Part shown: one piece after another, positions 23,029 through 33,673 of the stretch
Layout of the letters: each line of letters begins with the position of its first letter
How positions within the stretch are numbered: position 1 is the first letter of the stretch
Origin: Kondoa subrosea
Taxonomy: Eukaryota
Length of the DNA: 37,280 bases
Direction of reading: 5' to 3'
Assembly (NCBI GenBank): GCA_039545335.1
Contig: BCIN01000011.1
Coordinates: forward strand, 310,001 to 347,280
Program-made: the position numbers and the translations under genes
Notes under the pieces: model-generated
The model's database searches: none
What the model saw: only the letters and a program-made list of their open reading frames with translations
What the model was told of the DNA's origin: nothing

Positions 23029-26000
23029 CTATCTCCCGCCTCGCTTCTTGTCCAATGCACGAAGCTTCTTCTTCGTTCTCTCGTACTCCTTCTCCTCGGA
23101 GCGTTCGGCATTGAGACCAGCCTTAATACTTGTAATCTGTTGTAGCGATCAGCGATGGTCTTTACATTATAACATGCAAAACATGCCTTCTGCTTGTAAG
23201 CAGCATCTTTCTCCTGCCTAATCCTGGACTGCTCATTCGCCAAGAACTTGTTGTCCTTTCGCAGTTCTCTGACGGCTCCCTTCTTCTCCTTCTTGAGTAG
23301 TGCTTTGAGCTTGGCAGTCTCTGTACGAGCCGTATCGGGATCGAAGGCATGTTGGCCAGGTTTATAATTGTCTTCAAATTTGGGCAGATAAGTAGCAATA
23401 GGTACAGCGCGGTGCTGTTGCAGTCGAAGAGGCTTTCGGGAGGATCGAGCAAGTTTGAGCATCCTTTCGACATTGGATCGAAGCTTCTCGAGCGATGTCT
23501 TACATCAAAGATTAGCTTTTGATAATCGGAGCACAGCAGAAGAAGCACCTGTACAGGGGAGGGAATGGCTTTGCCATTCATACCATGTATTATCATTTGC
23601 AGAGGTTCAAAGAGTTCTAAGAAAGCCTCCGATGAGGCATAAAGTTGGGCAAATCGGTCAAGAAGAGAGAGTGCTGCATTGAGGAGATTTTGCTTCTCAT
23701 CTTCCGTTACCTGCTTCGGATTGGCTGCAAGGAGAGCTGTGATATCAAGCTTGCTGACAACAGCTGCTTCGGATCCTTTGACCAATTTGAGCTGAGTGGT
23801 TTCTTGCCTAAAGGCATCTGGAACCGGAAAATTGCCGGGCAGCGTTTCCGATGACTTGAAGCTATGCGGAGAAAGGAGGAGAAGCGAATTGACCAAGAAA
23901 TTGAGCACCTCTGGAATCACACGTTTCGAGATCGATTCGTACTATTGGCACTTCAGCATGGCTTCGTTTCAAAGTTACAACCATACCTGAAGGCAAATTC
24001 CACAAAGCATCAAGCCACTTACTATGTCTGATGCCCTGCGAACACGACTTTGTCCCAAGTATTGACATATTAAGAGGAGCGCTGGTGCTACAACTGGGTG
24101 ACTGAAATCAGAAGTAGACCAGACCAAGCCGATTAGACGTAATACGGCAAGTTCTGAAGCGCCCGGCCATGTTTTGGCATCCATAGAAAGCGGTGATTTG
24201 GTAAGACCACGAACAAAGTTCTTTTGCATGATGCTCAATTTCGACACAAAGTGTTGAGCAGCCGAGAGAGGATAAGAGTTGGAAAGAGAGAAGATATGAG
24301 GAGCCATGATGTTGACGAGTCGGAAGGACTGTTGAGATGCGGCAACATGTATAACATGATCAATCAGTACTCCTAAGAAGATCTATTCATAAAGTCAGCC
24401 AGCGGAAGGTCAGTCAAATCATGGAATTTGCTGACAGCGAGTTTATCCTTGTTTTGATCTGCCAATTGAGGATGATACAGCACGCGAATACGATCAATGA
24501 CTACCCCAAGTTGATCTTCTGGCACATGTGAGATCGTATCAAGAAAGTCTTGATGCGTTGCAGGGCATTCGTAGGTAAAAGCCACATCAACAGAAGCCTT
24601 CGCTCCAGACCTGCCCTTCTTGCTTGACTTTGCTACCAATTCTTCGGGTTCCTCGGTAGAAGCGATTTCTTCTTCACCTTCGAGATCGTCTAGCAAATCA
24701 TCTTCCTCACTGCCGTCTTCGTCTTCCTCTTCCTCTTCTTCATCGTCGCTGCCTTGGATTGATCCAGCTGCACCAGATATCTCTTCCGACAAAGTGAAAG
24801 CACCAGATTCAGTAACACCGCCGCCCAAACCATATTGATCCTCTTCTTCTTCAGGACCAAGATCGAAGTCGTCTTCTAAATCATCGCCTTGAGGCATCTT
24901 TTTCCTCCTTTTCTTTCTTTCCGATTCTTCATCCTCTGAATCTGCATCTAATCCAAGCATTCGTTTCTTTCTCCTCTCCTCCTGCTGTAGTAATTCTCTT
25001 TGAGCTTGCAGAGCTCTCTCTTCTTCAGTTTGCAATCTATCTTGAGGACGTGCTCGGCCTTCAAAAGCTAATTCTCGAACATAGCGGTCGAAATCGTCTT
25101 CCTCTTTTTCAACTTCAGCAGCTTCCGGTGATTCTGGTTCAGGAGAAGCAGAAGGAGATCCAAGTATCTTGGCAAGTAGAGCTCGATTAACACCACTTTT
25201 CGAGGTTGAAGTTTCAGTTTCCTTTGATTCGGTTTCTGGACCTTCTGCGCCGTCGTCTTCGGAATCAGATTCAGGTATTTGCACATCATCCTTCTTTGCT
25301 TTGGTAGTAGATCGTCCACCAAGAGCTGCGCGTAGAGAGTCAAGATCATTGTCCAGTTCTTGACGGAGATCATCGTCTTCATCTTTAGCTCGTTGTCGTT
25401 CGTACTTTGAGAAACACAGTCAGCAAATCGTACCACTATATCATATATCTGTGAGAACATACCTTGTAAGCTTTGGATTTGGCTACTACTTCTTCCATGA
25501 TTTCTGCTCGAGAGCGCTTCCTAGGCGGCTTGATGGCAGAAAGTTCAGAAGAATTACGTCAGACGAAGTAGAGTACACACCTCGTCTGAATCTCCTTCTC
25601 GTAGCTGGTCTCTAGCATATTGAGCGAAAGCTTGTTCTTGAGGTAAACCAACATCTGAATCACCAAAGGCTTGCTGATCGCTCAGAGATTTGCCCAAGTG
25701 AGTCAGTTCATCTTCTTCTTCCAGATTGAACAATCCACGCTTGCCAACCTGACCACCAGCTGCAGTAGCTCTCTGCCTTTCTCTGGTAAAGCGTTCCAAG
25801 TTCTTTTCTTCCGGTGTCAAGTGAGGATTGTCTTCACCGAATCGACGATCAATTATACCACCTTGTCTGTTGCGATCCATTAATTCAGGTAAGAGCGTCT
25901 TCCTTCGCTGTTCGATAGCAGTAGATTTGGACATTGAAGGTTTTCCAGCAATCTTAGGTTGACCGCCTTTAATACGGGAGTCCTTGTTTGAAGCGACAGC

Positions 26001-26195
26001 ATGCTTGGGTCGAATAGTCTTGAAATCAAAGACATTAAACTCTTCAGAGATGCTTGCAAGTTTTTTGGCTCGACTCTCTGGATCACGATCTGGTCTTTTG
26101 GTCTTCTTCTTAGAGCCCTTCTTCACATCTGATCGCTGCAGACCACTTGCTCGAAGCCTGCCCTTGAGCTGCGATAGCTGAGAACCGCCTGCCAT
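23029..26195 (-). CDS. NOP14: Nucleolar protein Nop14 (SSU processome)
   Basis: MAGGSQLSQLK, GGIIDRRFGEDNPHLTPEEKNLERFTRERQ, KRSRAEIMEEVVAKSKAYKYERQ, FDRYVRELAFEGRARPQDR, IGLVWSTSDFSHPVVAPA, KKEKKGAVRELRKDNKFLA. Six introns, the last GC-AG (23137-23186). Stop TAG 23029-23031. Confidence 0.95.
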
Positions 26196-26476
26196 GGTTT
26201 CGATACAAGCGAGCGATAATTTCTATCTTGCACTGATACCACAACATCACGGCATGAGTGATGGATGTCCTGCAGTGCTCTACTGTCTGTTTGAACACGG
26301 AGGCTTCATCCTCACGTTTGTCTTCGTTGGAGATGCAACAGTTTGCAAACTTCTCAAGCAATTGCAAAATTGAAGTAGTAACAATGTACCGCGACGCATG
26401 TGTTCTTTCAACGCGCAGATGTACTCAGACTAACGCCTTGCAACGCGCAACTCATAATAGCGATTTCCTAGCGCAT

Positions 26477-26482
26477 TATAAA
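26477..26482 (+). promoter_or_regulatory. Candidate TATA box for the small Lys/Glu-rich gene
   Basis: TATAAA about 300 bp upstream of ATG 26780, followed by a pyrimidine-rich leader. Positional evidence only. Confidence 0.3.
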
Positions 26483-26779
26483 CGTGTTGCCTGGCAAACC
26501 CTCCGACTCAAGTCCGAATGTTGTCCTTCAGCTCTAATACAATCTGTCATGAACTGCTTCCATCGGTTCTCTAGGCTCTGACACTTTTGCCTTAGTCGCT
26601 TTGTGCCTGCAAACGGAAGCATTTAGTGCTTTTGCCCGAACTACGTCAATTTGGTGTTGACGTTTCAGGTGGGCCTTACCTCTTTCGTATTTTTGTATTT
26701 CTCTTTCCTCTTCTTCCTGTACCAAACTCCTTCTCGCAAACTTCCATCTCCAACCACTACATCTACATCTATTCATACA

Positions 26780-27232
26780 ATGGGTCTCTTCCACAAAGAC
26801 GGAGCTGAGAAGCAACCTACTCAACCAACAGTGGTTGATGGCGCAGGAAACGCAACTGTGAGTTGCCGAAGGGCCAGTCTTAATGAACTCCGAGCTCATT
26901 TGCTTCTTCCATCTTCCTGCTCAGACTCTCAGCGGTGAACACAATGCTCATTCCAAAATGGACGAAGTCAAGGCTCGCGAAAAGCAAATCGAGCTTGACG
27001 AGAAGCGGTTCGTATTCAGTGGATACACGTGTCATGTTCTCGTTGCTTATTGTGTCGTGGCATCAATAGCAACAAGGAGGACAAGAAGGAAGCTAAGAAA
27101 GAGGCTAAAGAAGAGCGCAAAGAAGCCGAGAGGGAATTGAAGGAAGCTAAGAAGGAGGTAAGTCATCCAGCTGTTCGTCTTTATCTTTTATACTGATTGA
27201 TATTGTAGGAGAAACATGCCAAGAAGCTCTAA
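26780..27232 (+). CDS. Small (90 aa) highly charged Lys/Glu-rich orphan protein, hydrophilin-like
   Basis: Exons 26780-26857, 26925-27007, 27070-27157, 27209-27232 joined by canonical GT-AG introns give MGLFHKDGAEKQPTQPTVVDGAGNATTLSGEHNAHSKMDEVKAREKQIELDEKRNKEDKKEAKKEAKEERKEAERELKEAKKEEKHAKKL*. Start context ACAATGG follows a CT-rich leader. Confidence 0.75.
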
Positions 27233-27549
27233 ACGAGTGAATGAAGCAATCGTCTTGTATTATAGCCTGAAATGTGATCGTTCGAATATGCTCTGTACCT
27301 TGATTGATACGCTTTCCCTATGTCACACCTCTGCGTACAAGTATATACTGGAAGAGCATTTCTGCTGACACATCAGCTCGACCCAATTAGAACATACGTG
27401 GTTTTCCATAGCCACACGTGTACAGTAGTCCTATTACCTGACTCACAGGATACAGCTGTACTGAGATCAAGCTTTGGCGCTGCAGTCTTTGTTTCAGCTC
27501 AATTGAACTTCGAAGTTGTCGAAGGACCACCGCAAATCATCAAGCAACT

Positions 27550-28432
27550 ATGGCAGTCAATTGGGCAATGTTGGACAGCAGGGGCGAAATACAGCCGTTG
27601 GAAGGTGTGCTGCACACAATCGCTGCAATCTGCCTCCTTTGAATCAATTGCAATAGGGGAGAAGATCTTCTTGCGTGTCCCTTCGTGCTTGATCCTTGTC
27701 TCGTCTTTTGTGTTCCTTCTCATTCATTCATCCATTCAGTACGGATGCTACGCTCCAGCCAATGAAGAATTCTTCCGAGCCCTCGTCAGCCAAACCGCTA
27801 AAAGCGCATGGCACAAGCTATGTAACAAACAAGCGTTTAGTCTTCGTTTCTGCAAATGCATCTGCCCAGAGTGGCTCAAGTGGTCTCGGAACACTGTCTT
27901 GTCCTCTGAATCACGTTCAAGATGGCAGATTTGTTCAGCCTTGGTTGGCTGCAAATTACTGGGAATGCCTTGTGAGACCAGTAGCTGACGGAGGTCTGAC
28001 TGTATGTACCTGATAAGCCAGAATATCCCACCGGATGACTTATATATCTTTAAAGACACATCAGACGCTGCGCCTAGACTTCAAGGAAGGAAGAGGTTTC
28101 GAATTCACTTCAGCAATGGAAGAAGTCAAGAGTCGATATCATGAAGAGCAAGGATCACGGCGTGCAGAACCTGAAGCGCTACGTGCGCTTGCCCGTCTTT
28201 CGACCTAACTCAATACTGATCTAGCACTACAGCCCTTTATGAGCCTCAATCGCCTAGCAGTGCAGATGCGACTGTTCTCCCTGACAGTGCATCCTACTTT
28301 CCGTCTTCCGCTCCAGCCAGACAACCGTCAGCAGTAGATTTGCAGGCAGCAGAAGTAGCAAGGGTTGCAGAATCGCAAGAATTGGATGAAGCGCATCGAG
28401 GGCTTCCACCTAGCTATGATGCAGCAAGATGA
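27550..28432 (+). CDS. WBP2-like PH-GRAM protein with PY motifs (fungal UPF0664-type)
   Basis: MAVNWAMLDSRGEIQPLEGEKIF, GTSYVTNKRLVFV, TLSCPLNHVQDGRFVQPWLAANYW, LRLDFKEGRGFEF, then EALPLYE and GLPPSYDAAR*. Four introns; stop TGA 28430-28432. Confidence 0.82.
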
Positions 28433-28447
28433 GAGCGCGTTGTACGA

Positions 28448-29561
28448 CTACAAGGGTTTGCGATGCTGTTGTAATTTATTTATGCGAAGTTTGTCTTCTT
28501 CGAATTTGCTTTGCAGTTCGGCCAAGTCTAATCATATGATCAGACGAGATGTCAATTAATGAAGCAGCGAGACTGCACTCACTCTTCGCTCTAGATGCTT
28601 CTTTCTTGGCCTTGCTTTCGGTATAGAAATCACTTCCAACCTGCTTCTTGCGCCGCTTCGCTGACTTCTGACCGTCCTCATCTTGTACGCCTTCCAAGAA
28701 CTTTTTACTTGCGACACCGACACTCGCTTTCCCCTTTCCGTACAGTCTCTGCTCTTTGTCAAGGACTGTCCCCGGTCGAGCAGATCTCTGCGTTTCGACC
28801 AAGTCAACTTTACTCCTCCCTTTCTTTCCACCGCGAGTAACAGTCTGCCATTCTCCATCATCTTCTCCCTCCGAATCAAAGGTGCGCGTCGTAGCTGATT
28901 TCACTCCTTCTTCCACTGCTGCTTCTCTCCGTTTTCTTTTCTTTGATTTAGATGCTTCTACCTGTTCTGCTTTTGCTTGAGATGGTTTCGAAGGTGCGTC
29001 GAATTGTAGCATCCAGGCATCTGTGTGTTTCTTTACTTCTTCTAGATTCGGTCGAGCGATAGTATACAGTTCAGGATAGAGGAAGCCTGCCGATTTAGGC
29101 CATGCTATTGATTGTTTACAAGAGAAGATCGCAGAGAGATGGGAAGGGGAGGAGAAATGGATTTCAGTTGTGCTTGATTCCAAAGCTTGATCTGCTATTG
29201 TTCCTGCTTTGATATGCGAGAAGAGCGGCGGAACAGCTTGTTTGCCTTTGTTCTTTGGATCTGCTATCCTTTCGGTACGCCAGAGTGTCTCTTGACCGGT
29301 TTTTGAGGAAGGCAGAATAACTTCAGTAACAGCTTTCTTTGCCAATTCAGGGTGATTCAATTCCAGTAATGCTTCGAAAGCGGTCTTGATGTCCTTGGAT
29401 GAGGATCTCCAAGGAATATTGCAAGCAAACAGCATAGAATCGTCATCCTTTGATGCTCTGACAAAAATTTGGTGTTGTGCTTTGGAATGGCCAAGAGCAG
29501 GTATACCAAAGCTCAATGCAGTAAAGCCACCTGCTACAGCGAGCATCGTTCCTTTAGACAT
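28448..29561 (-). CDS. RRP7: Ribosomal RNA-processing protein Rrp7 (SSU processome, UTP-C)
   Basis: HQIFVRA...MLFACNIP (degenerate RRM), VKKHTDAWMLQFD, EDDGEWQTVTRGGKKGR, SDFY, and after one intron NLAELQSKFEEDKLRINKLQQHRKPL*. Stop TAG 28448-28450; the ORF-track end at 28476 reads through the intron. Confidence 0.85.
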
Positions 29562-29699
29562 GTCACCAGAGCACAGGATTCGGTATTGGCAGTATGGAAC
29601 AAACGATGGGCTATTACTAATCGAAAACAACGCGCAGCATCACTACAAGAAAGCGCAAAGAGGTGCACGCTCTCAGCAAAAGAACATCTGATGTGTCCT

Positions 29700-30742
29700 T
29701 CAGGGAGTCTTTTCAAATTGTGCCCAGGTACAGACTGGATCGCCCTCCATTCCTTGTAATTTCTCGACATTGAGCAAAGTATAGCCCAGCTTGTCGCGGT
29801 AATACTTGATCTGTATTGATCTTTAAGTTCAGCACAGGTGTAGAAGGGGAAGAGAGGACCGACATTGGCCTCTTTTGACGCTTCAAGGCAAATGCAGGTG
29901 TTGTCTCTCTTTGCCTGTTCCTCCAGAAGAATTAGTTAGAATCAGATACATGGACACCTAAAGGCTGACCAGAGATTCCACATAAGCTAGCAATGTTTTG
30001 CCCATTCCTTTGCCTTGACAATCCTCCCGCACTGCTAAATGAGTAACATACCAGCTATTCAGCTTTCGATCGCCTGGATAGGTCTTCTTTGACAGAGATT
30101 CTACGTAAGGAAAGTACTGTTCATCACGTCATTCCAGTTATGGACGATGGAAACGGATAATAAGAACGGACTGTCTCTTCGACAAAAGTATGTCTTGCTG
30201 GATTGCGCGACTTGGACAGCTCAGCATGCGCAGCATACCACTTTCCTCTGGACTGAGGTGACTGGCCAGGCATTGTCCCAGGAGGATAAACGAGCATGAC
30301 AGCTTCGTTTGAATTGATAGTGTATATTTGACCATTCATAGTTGCGTCCTCTATAGAACGACAGAGACCGGCTTCCCAGAGATCTGCACTACAATTTAAA
30401 GAAGAGCCTGACGCTACTAATTCGTCTTACCTGATGCATCTTTGTACTGTCAAACAGAGTCCGCACTTTCTCAGCTGCAGCAGAGCAGACAGTAATGACA
30501 CGCACGACTCCTCCGTGCCGGATAGGTCCAAAGGTTTCTAGCCAAAGCCTGAGCCAGTTGCTACATGTATTTCGAGGGATTTACCAGCATGCAGAGCTTC
30601 TCCCAGAACCTTGGCTAGATTACGAATTCGATCATCTGTAGGATTGCATGAGTCGTTGGAGTTGACACGGACAGTAAGAACAGAAGAGACCAGTCAAAGT
30701 AGACGTAGACTCCGAATCGATAGAAAATGCAGAAGTATTCAT
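29700..30742 (-). CDS. GNAT-family N-acetyltransferase
   Basis: Spliced product (about 7 introns, including a 16-nt exon 30431-30446) contains SWYVTHLAVREDCQGKGMGKTLLAYV (acetyl-CoA-binding motif A) and CICLEASKEANIKYYRDKLGY (motif B). Stop TGA 29700-29702. First exon is less certain (weak donor GTCTCT). Confidence 0.85.
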
Positions 30743-31043
30743 TGCCCGCGAAGAAATAGTAGAGTCTGGGACGCCAAACCTTGACAAAATAGATGAGAGA
30801 AAGTCAATTAGACGAGAGAGAAAGCCTATTGCAGTCGTTGCAGCATAAAACGAGTCGAAAGCACATGTCATGCAAGACCGGGGAAATGACTCGATAGACA
30901 CGGCATGGATTCAGCCATATAAGTCATTTATGGCCGCACTTCATGGCCTTAGTGGAGATGAAAGACTCCTGCCTCAGATTTACTGAAAAAGAAATGAATA
31001 GTACGCGACAAGGCAAGATGCTAAATTCCAATCCAATTTCTGA

Positions 31044-32057
31044 TTATACAATAGTTTCCAGCTCTTGAGCATAGCCCAATGTGGCGGATATGATCTTTTC
31101 CTTGTCGAGCAGCATGCTAGTTGCAGGTAAATCGGTTTTTGCAGCTTGGAATGAAATGATTTGAGTAGAAGGGTTGACGATCCATCCAGGTCTCTGTACA
31201 CGCGATACTTTGAGCCTACGTAATTTCATCAATCATTTCACGTACACTCGAGGCGAAAGCCATTAGGTCATTCAGTTCAGTGAAGAATAGCAATGTTGCC
31301 GCATCTCGTATAGGCAAAGTAGCGTATGCCTTCTCTCCACACGAAGCAATCTCATTTCTGAATAAGACTGTGAGCTTTTATCGATAGTTCAGATCGCTAA
31401 ATCTCACCTGACAGTCGCCATCAAATCGCTTAAGAACACCTTGTACTCTTCGCTAGGTGGCTCCCTGCTCGCTTCCCAGATCTTTGTAAAGCTACCTTCC
31501 ATTAACCATTTTTCCAATTCGATTGGATAAGTAACGGAAGGATCGCGTAAGAGGTTTGCATTTGAATCAGCAGAAAGAGATTCGATTAGAGTATGGAAAG
31601 AGCCAATTTCATTTCTGCTGAGTAGCAGTAAGAGATGAAGGCCAGTAAGACGTGCTCGAAGATCAGAAGAAGGGAGGGAGGCCGAATAGAAAGGTGCGAG
31701 TTGAGCCAGATAGCGCTCGAAAGATGGGACGTCGTTGATTTTTAGTGAGAGCAAGGCGCAAGCTTCGAGGATAGAGCCTGACAGAGCACAATCACTTTGA
31801 ATAGCAGGAAGGACAAGTCATATGCACTCACGAGCTTGCTGAACTTGCTCGTCTGTATGCGATTCGTCGAGAATGAGTAGCTTGTTGTGTAGTAGAGCCA
31901 TCTGTACACAGGGAAGTCTCGCCATCAGCTACATGCTCCAACTGTTATTGAGCCGCAAGCAACGCACTTTGGCCTGTTTTATCGCAGACTTGATGGCTGT
32001 CGCATCTTTGTTCGCTGCTGCTTGTAGACCAGAGTATGCCTGTGCTAGAGATGCCAT
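31044..32057 (-). CDS. RPN12: 26S proteasome lid subunit Rpn12 (PSMD8)
   Basis: ARSILEACALLSLKINDVPSFERYLAQLAPFY, GLHLLLLLSRNEIGSFHTLIE, YPIELEKWLMEGSFTKIW, LMATVRNEIASCGEKAYATLP and terminal LGYAQELETIV*. Four introns. Confidence 0.95.
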
Positions 32058-32176
32058 CACTGGAGAGCTTGTGCTGGAGAACACGAAAGAGAGAGAGAGG
32101 CAAAGCGTCGTCAGCGGATGACCTTTGATTTCTTGCTTGCCAGTCTTCCCTACACAGCGATCCATATATATACACA
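32058..32176. promoter_or_regulatory. Putative bidirectional promoter RPN12/PRE3
   Basis: 119 bp between divergent ATGs. Contains (AG)6 at 32088-32099, GGCAAA at 32099-32104, TTGCC at 32137-32141 and ATATATATA at 32164-32172. Confidence 0.7.
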
Positions 32177-33403
32177 ATGGCAAGCTTGAAACCTGGTGAA
32201 GGTCCGCATAATGCATCATGCAGGATCCAGATCTCTCGCTAATACCTGCATTCTGTGTGTTGCAGTCAATTTGGGTTTGTCAATCTCAGCTTCTGATCAT
32301 GTCATGTAGAGCTCATTTAGTACACGTCAATCTATGTAGGAACATCCATCATGGCAGTCTGCTTCGAAGGAGGTGTCGTTCTGGGCGCGGATGTATGTGC
32401 TTGCTTCTTGGGAACTGAAGTGAATATGGCGCTGACACATCTGTGGATACAGTCTAGGACAACCATGGGTGAGATTACGATGGCTCTGTTGACTTGTGGC
32501 TCATAAGGACTATTGCGAGACTATAGGTTCTTACATTGTATGTCGAAACTCGGTCGTCGGTTTGCTGTTGGCTTACTAGCTCTCGCGTATCTAGGCCAAC
32601 AGAGTAACAGATAAGCTCACTCACATTCGTAAAGCCTCATTTTGCCGCGCTATTCTTCGTCGCTGACAGGGATGCTCTGCAGATGATCGAATCTACTGTT
32701 GTCGGTCTGGGTCAGTCGCGATAGTACCAATGCGAGTCTCTCGCTGAACAATATTCGCACAACTTGCAGATCCGCCGCAGATACTCAAGCTGTAGCAGAC
32801 ATCATTCACTACTATGCTCAAATGTTCACCATGCAACATGAAAACACTCCTCCCACCGTTCACTCTATCGCTACCCTTTTTCAAAAGATCTGTTATTCAA
32901 ACAAAGACGCGTGAGTAGGGCAGTTGATATATTTGAAACGGACTGATAAGATCAATTTGTTCTGTCAATAGACTTTCAGCAGGTATTCTAGTAGCCGGCT
33001 GGGATGCCCAATCAGGTCCATCAGTCTTCAACATTCCAGTAGGAGGAGGCATGTTCAAGCAGAATTGGGCAATTGGTGGATCAGGTTCTGCTTTCATTTA
33101 CGGTTACTGCGATGCAACTTGGAAGCCAAACATGCAGAAAGAAGAAACGATGGACTTCGTTAGGAACGCCTTGAGTTTGGCAATGAGCAGGGATGGATCT
33201 TCGGGAGGAACGATCAGAATGGCTGTCATCACGGAAGGAGGTGTCGAGCGAGTCTTTGTGAGCTGGATTATTGGCTGTCGCTCCGTGATCTTTGAATTGA
33301 TAATGTTCATCTACAGGTACCGAATCCTGAACTACCTGACTTCAACGGAGGAACAATGGGAAGTTTGAGCAACAGGAAAATGATCAAGGAGGATGATGAG
33401 TGA
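32177..33403 (+). CDS. PRE3: 20S proteasome catalytic subunit beta-1 (Pre3/PSMB6)
   Basis: Exons 32177-32201, 32266-32274, 32340-32392, 32453-32468, 32527-32537, 32595-32628, 32683-32710, 32770-32910, 32972-33257, 33317-33403 give [66 protein letters not shown]...AIGGSGSAFIYGYCD...LAMSRDGSSGG. Thr1, Asp17 and Lys33 are present. Confidence 0.96.
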
Positions 33404-33673
33404 GCTTAAATCTCATTCGCCGTTCCTCTTTGATCTAATAGTCGATATTTCAGCTCCCCGGACTGGCGATCTCCGATCTCTGTACCATTACGTAGTACGA
33501 CTGCAGCTGCATAGACCTAAATGAAGCATTAGCAAAACATTACCTTGTTTCTTATCAAGTCAGCGTATTCCAGCTGTGCTGATACTGGGTCGACAACGCT
33601 ACCGAAGTATCCATAAAGCAAAGCCTGGGCTTGCATAGATTTTATTCTCTCTTATTGACTAGGCGTTCCTGCT

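Noticed and set aside
24620..24860. TCT/TCC-rich tract resembling a microsatellite or poly-Ser ORF
   Set aside because: It is the reverse complement of the Glu/Asp-rich linker of Nop14.
27320..27988. 222-aa plus-strand ORF overlapping the WBP2-like gene
   Set aside because: It shares only the short exon GEKIFLRVPS with the real gene. The rest is upstream, intron and off-frame sequence with no recognisable domain.
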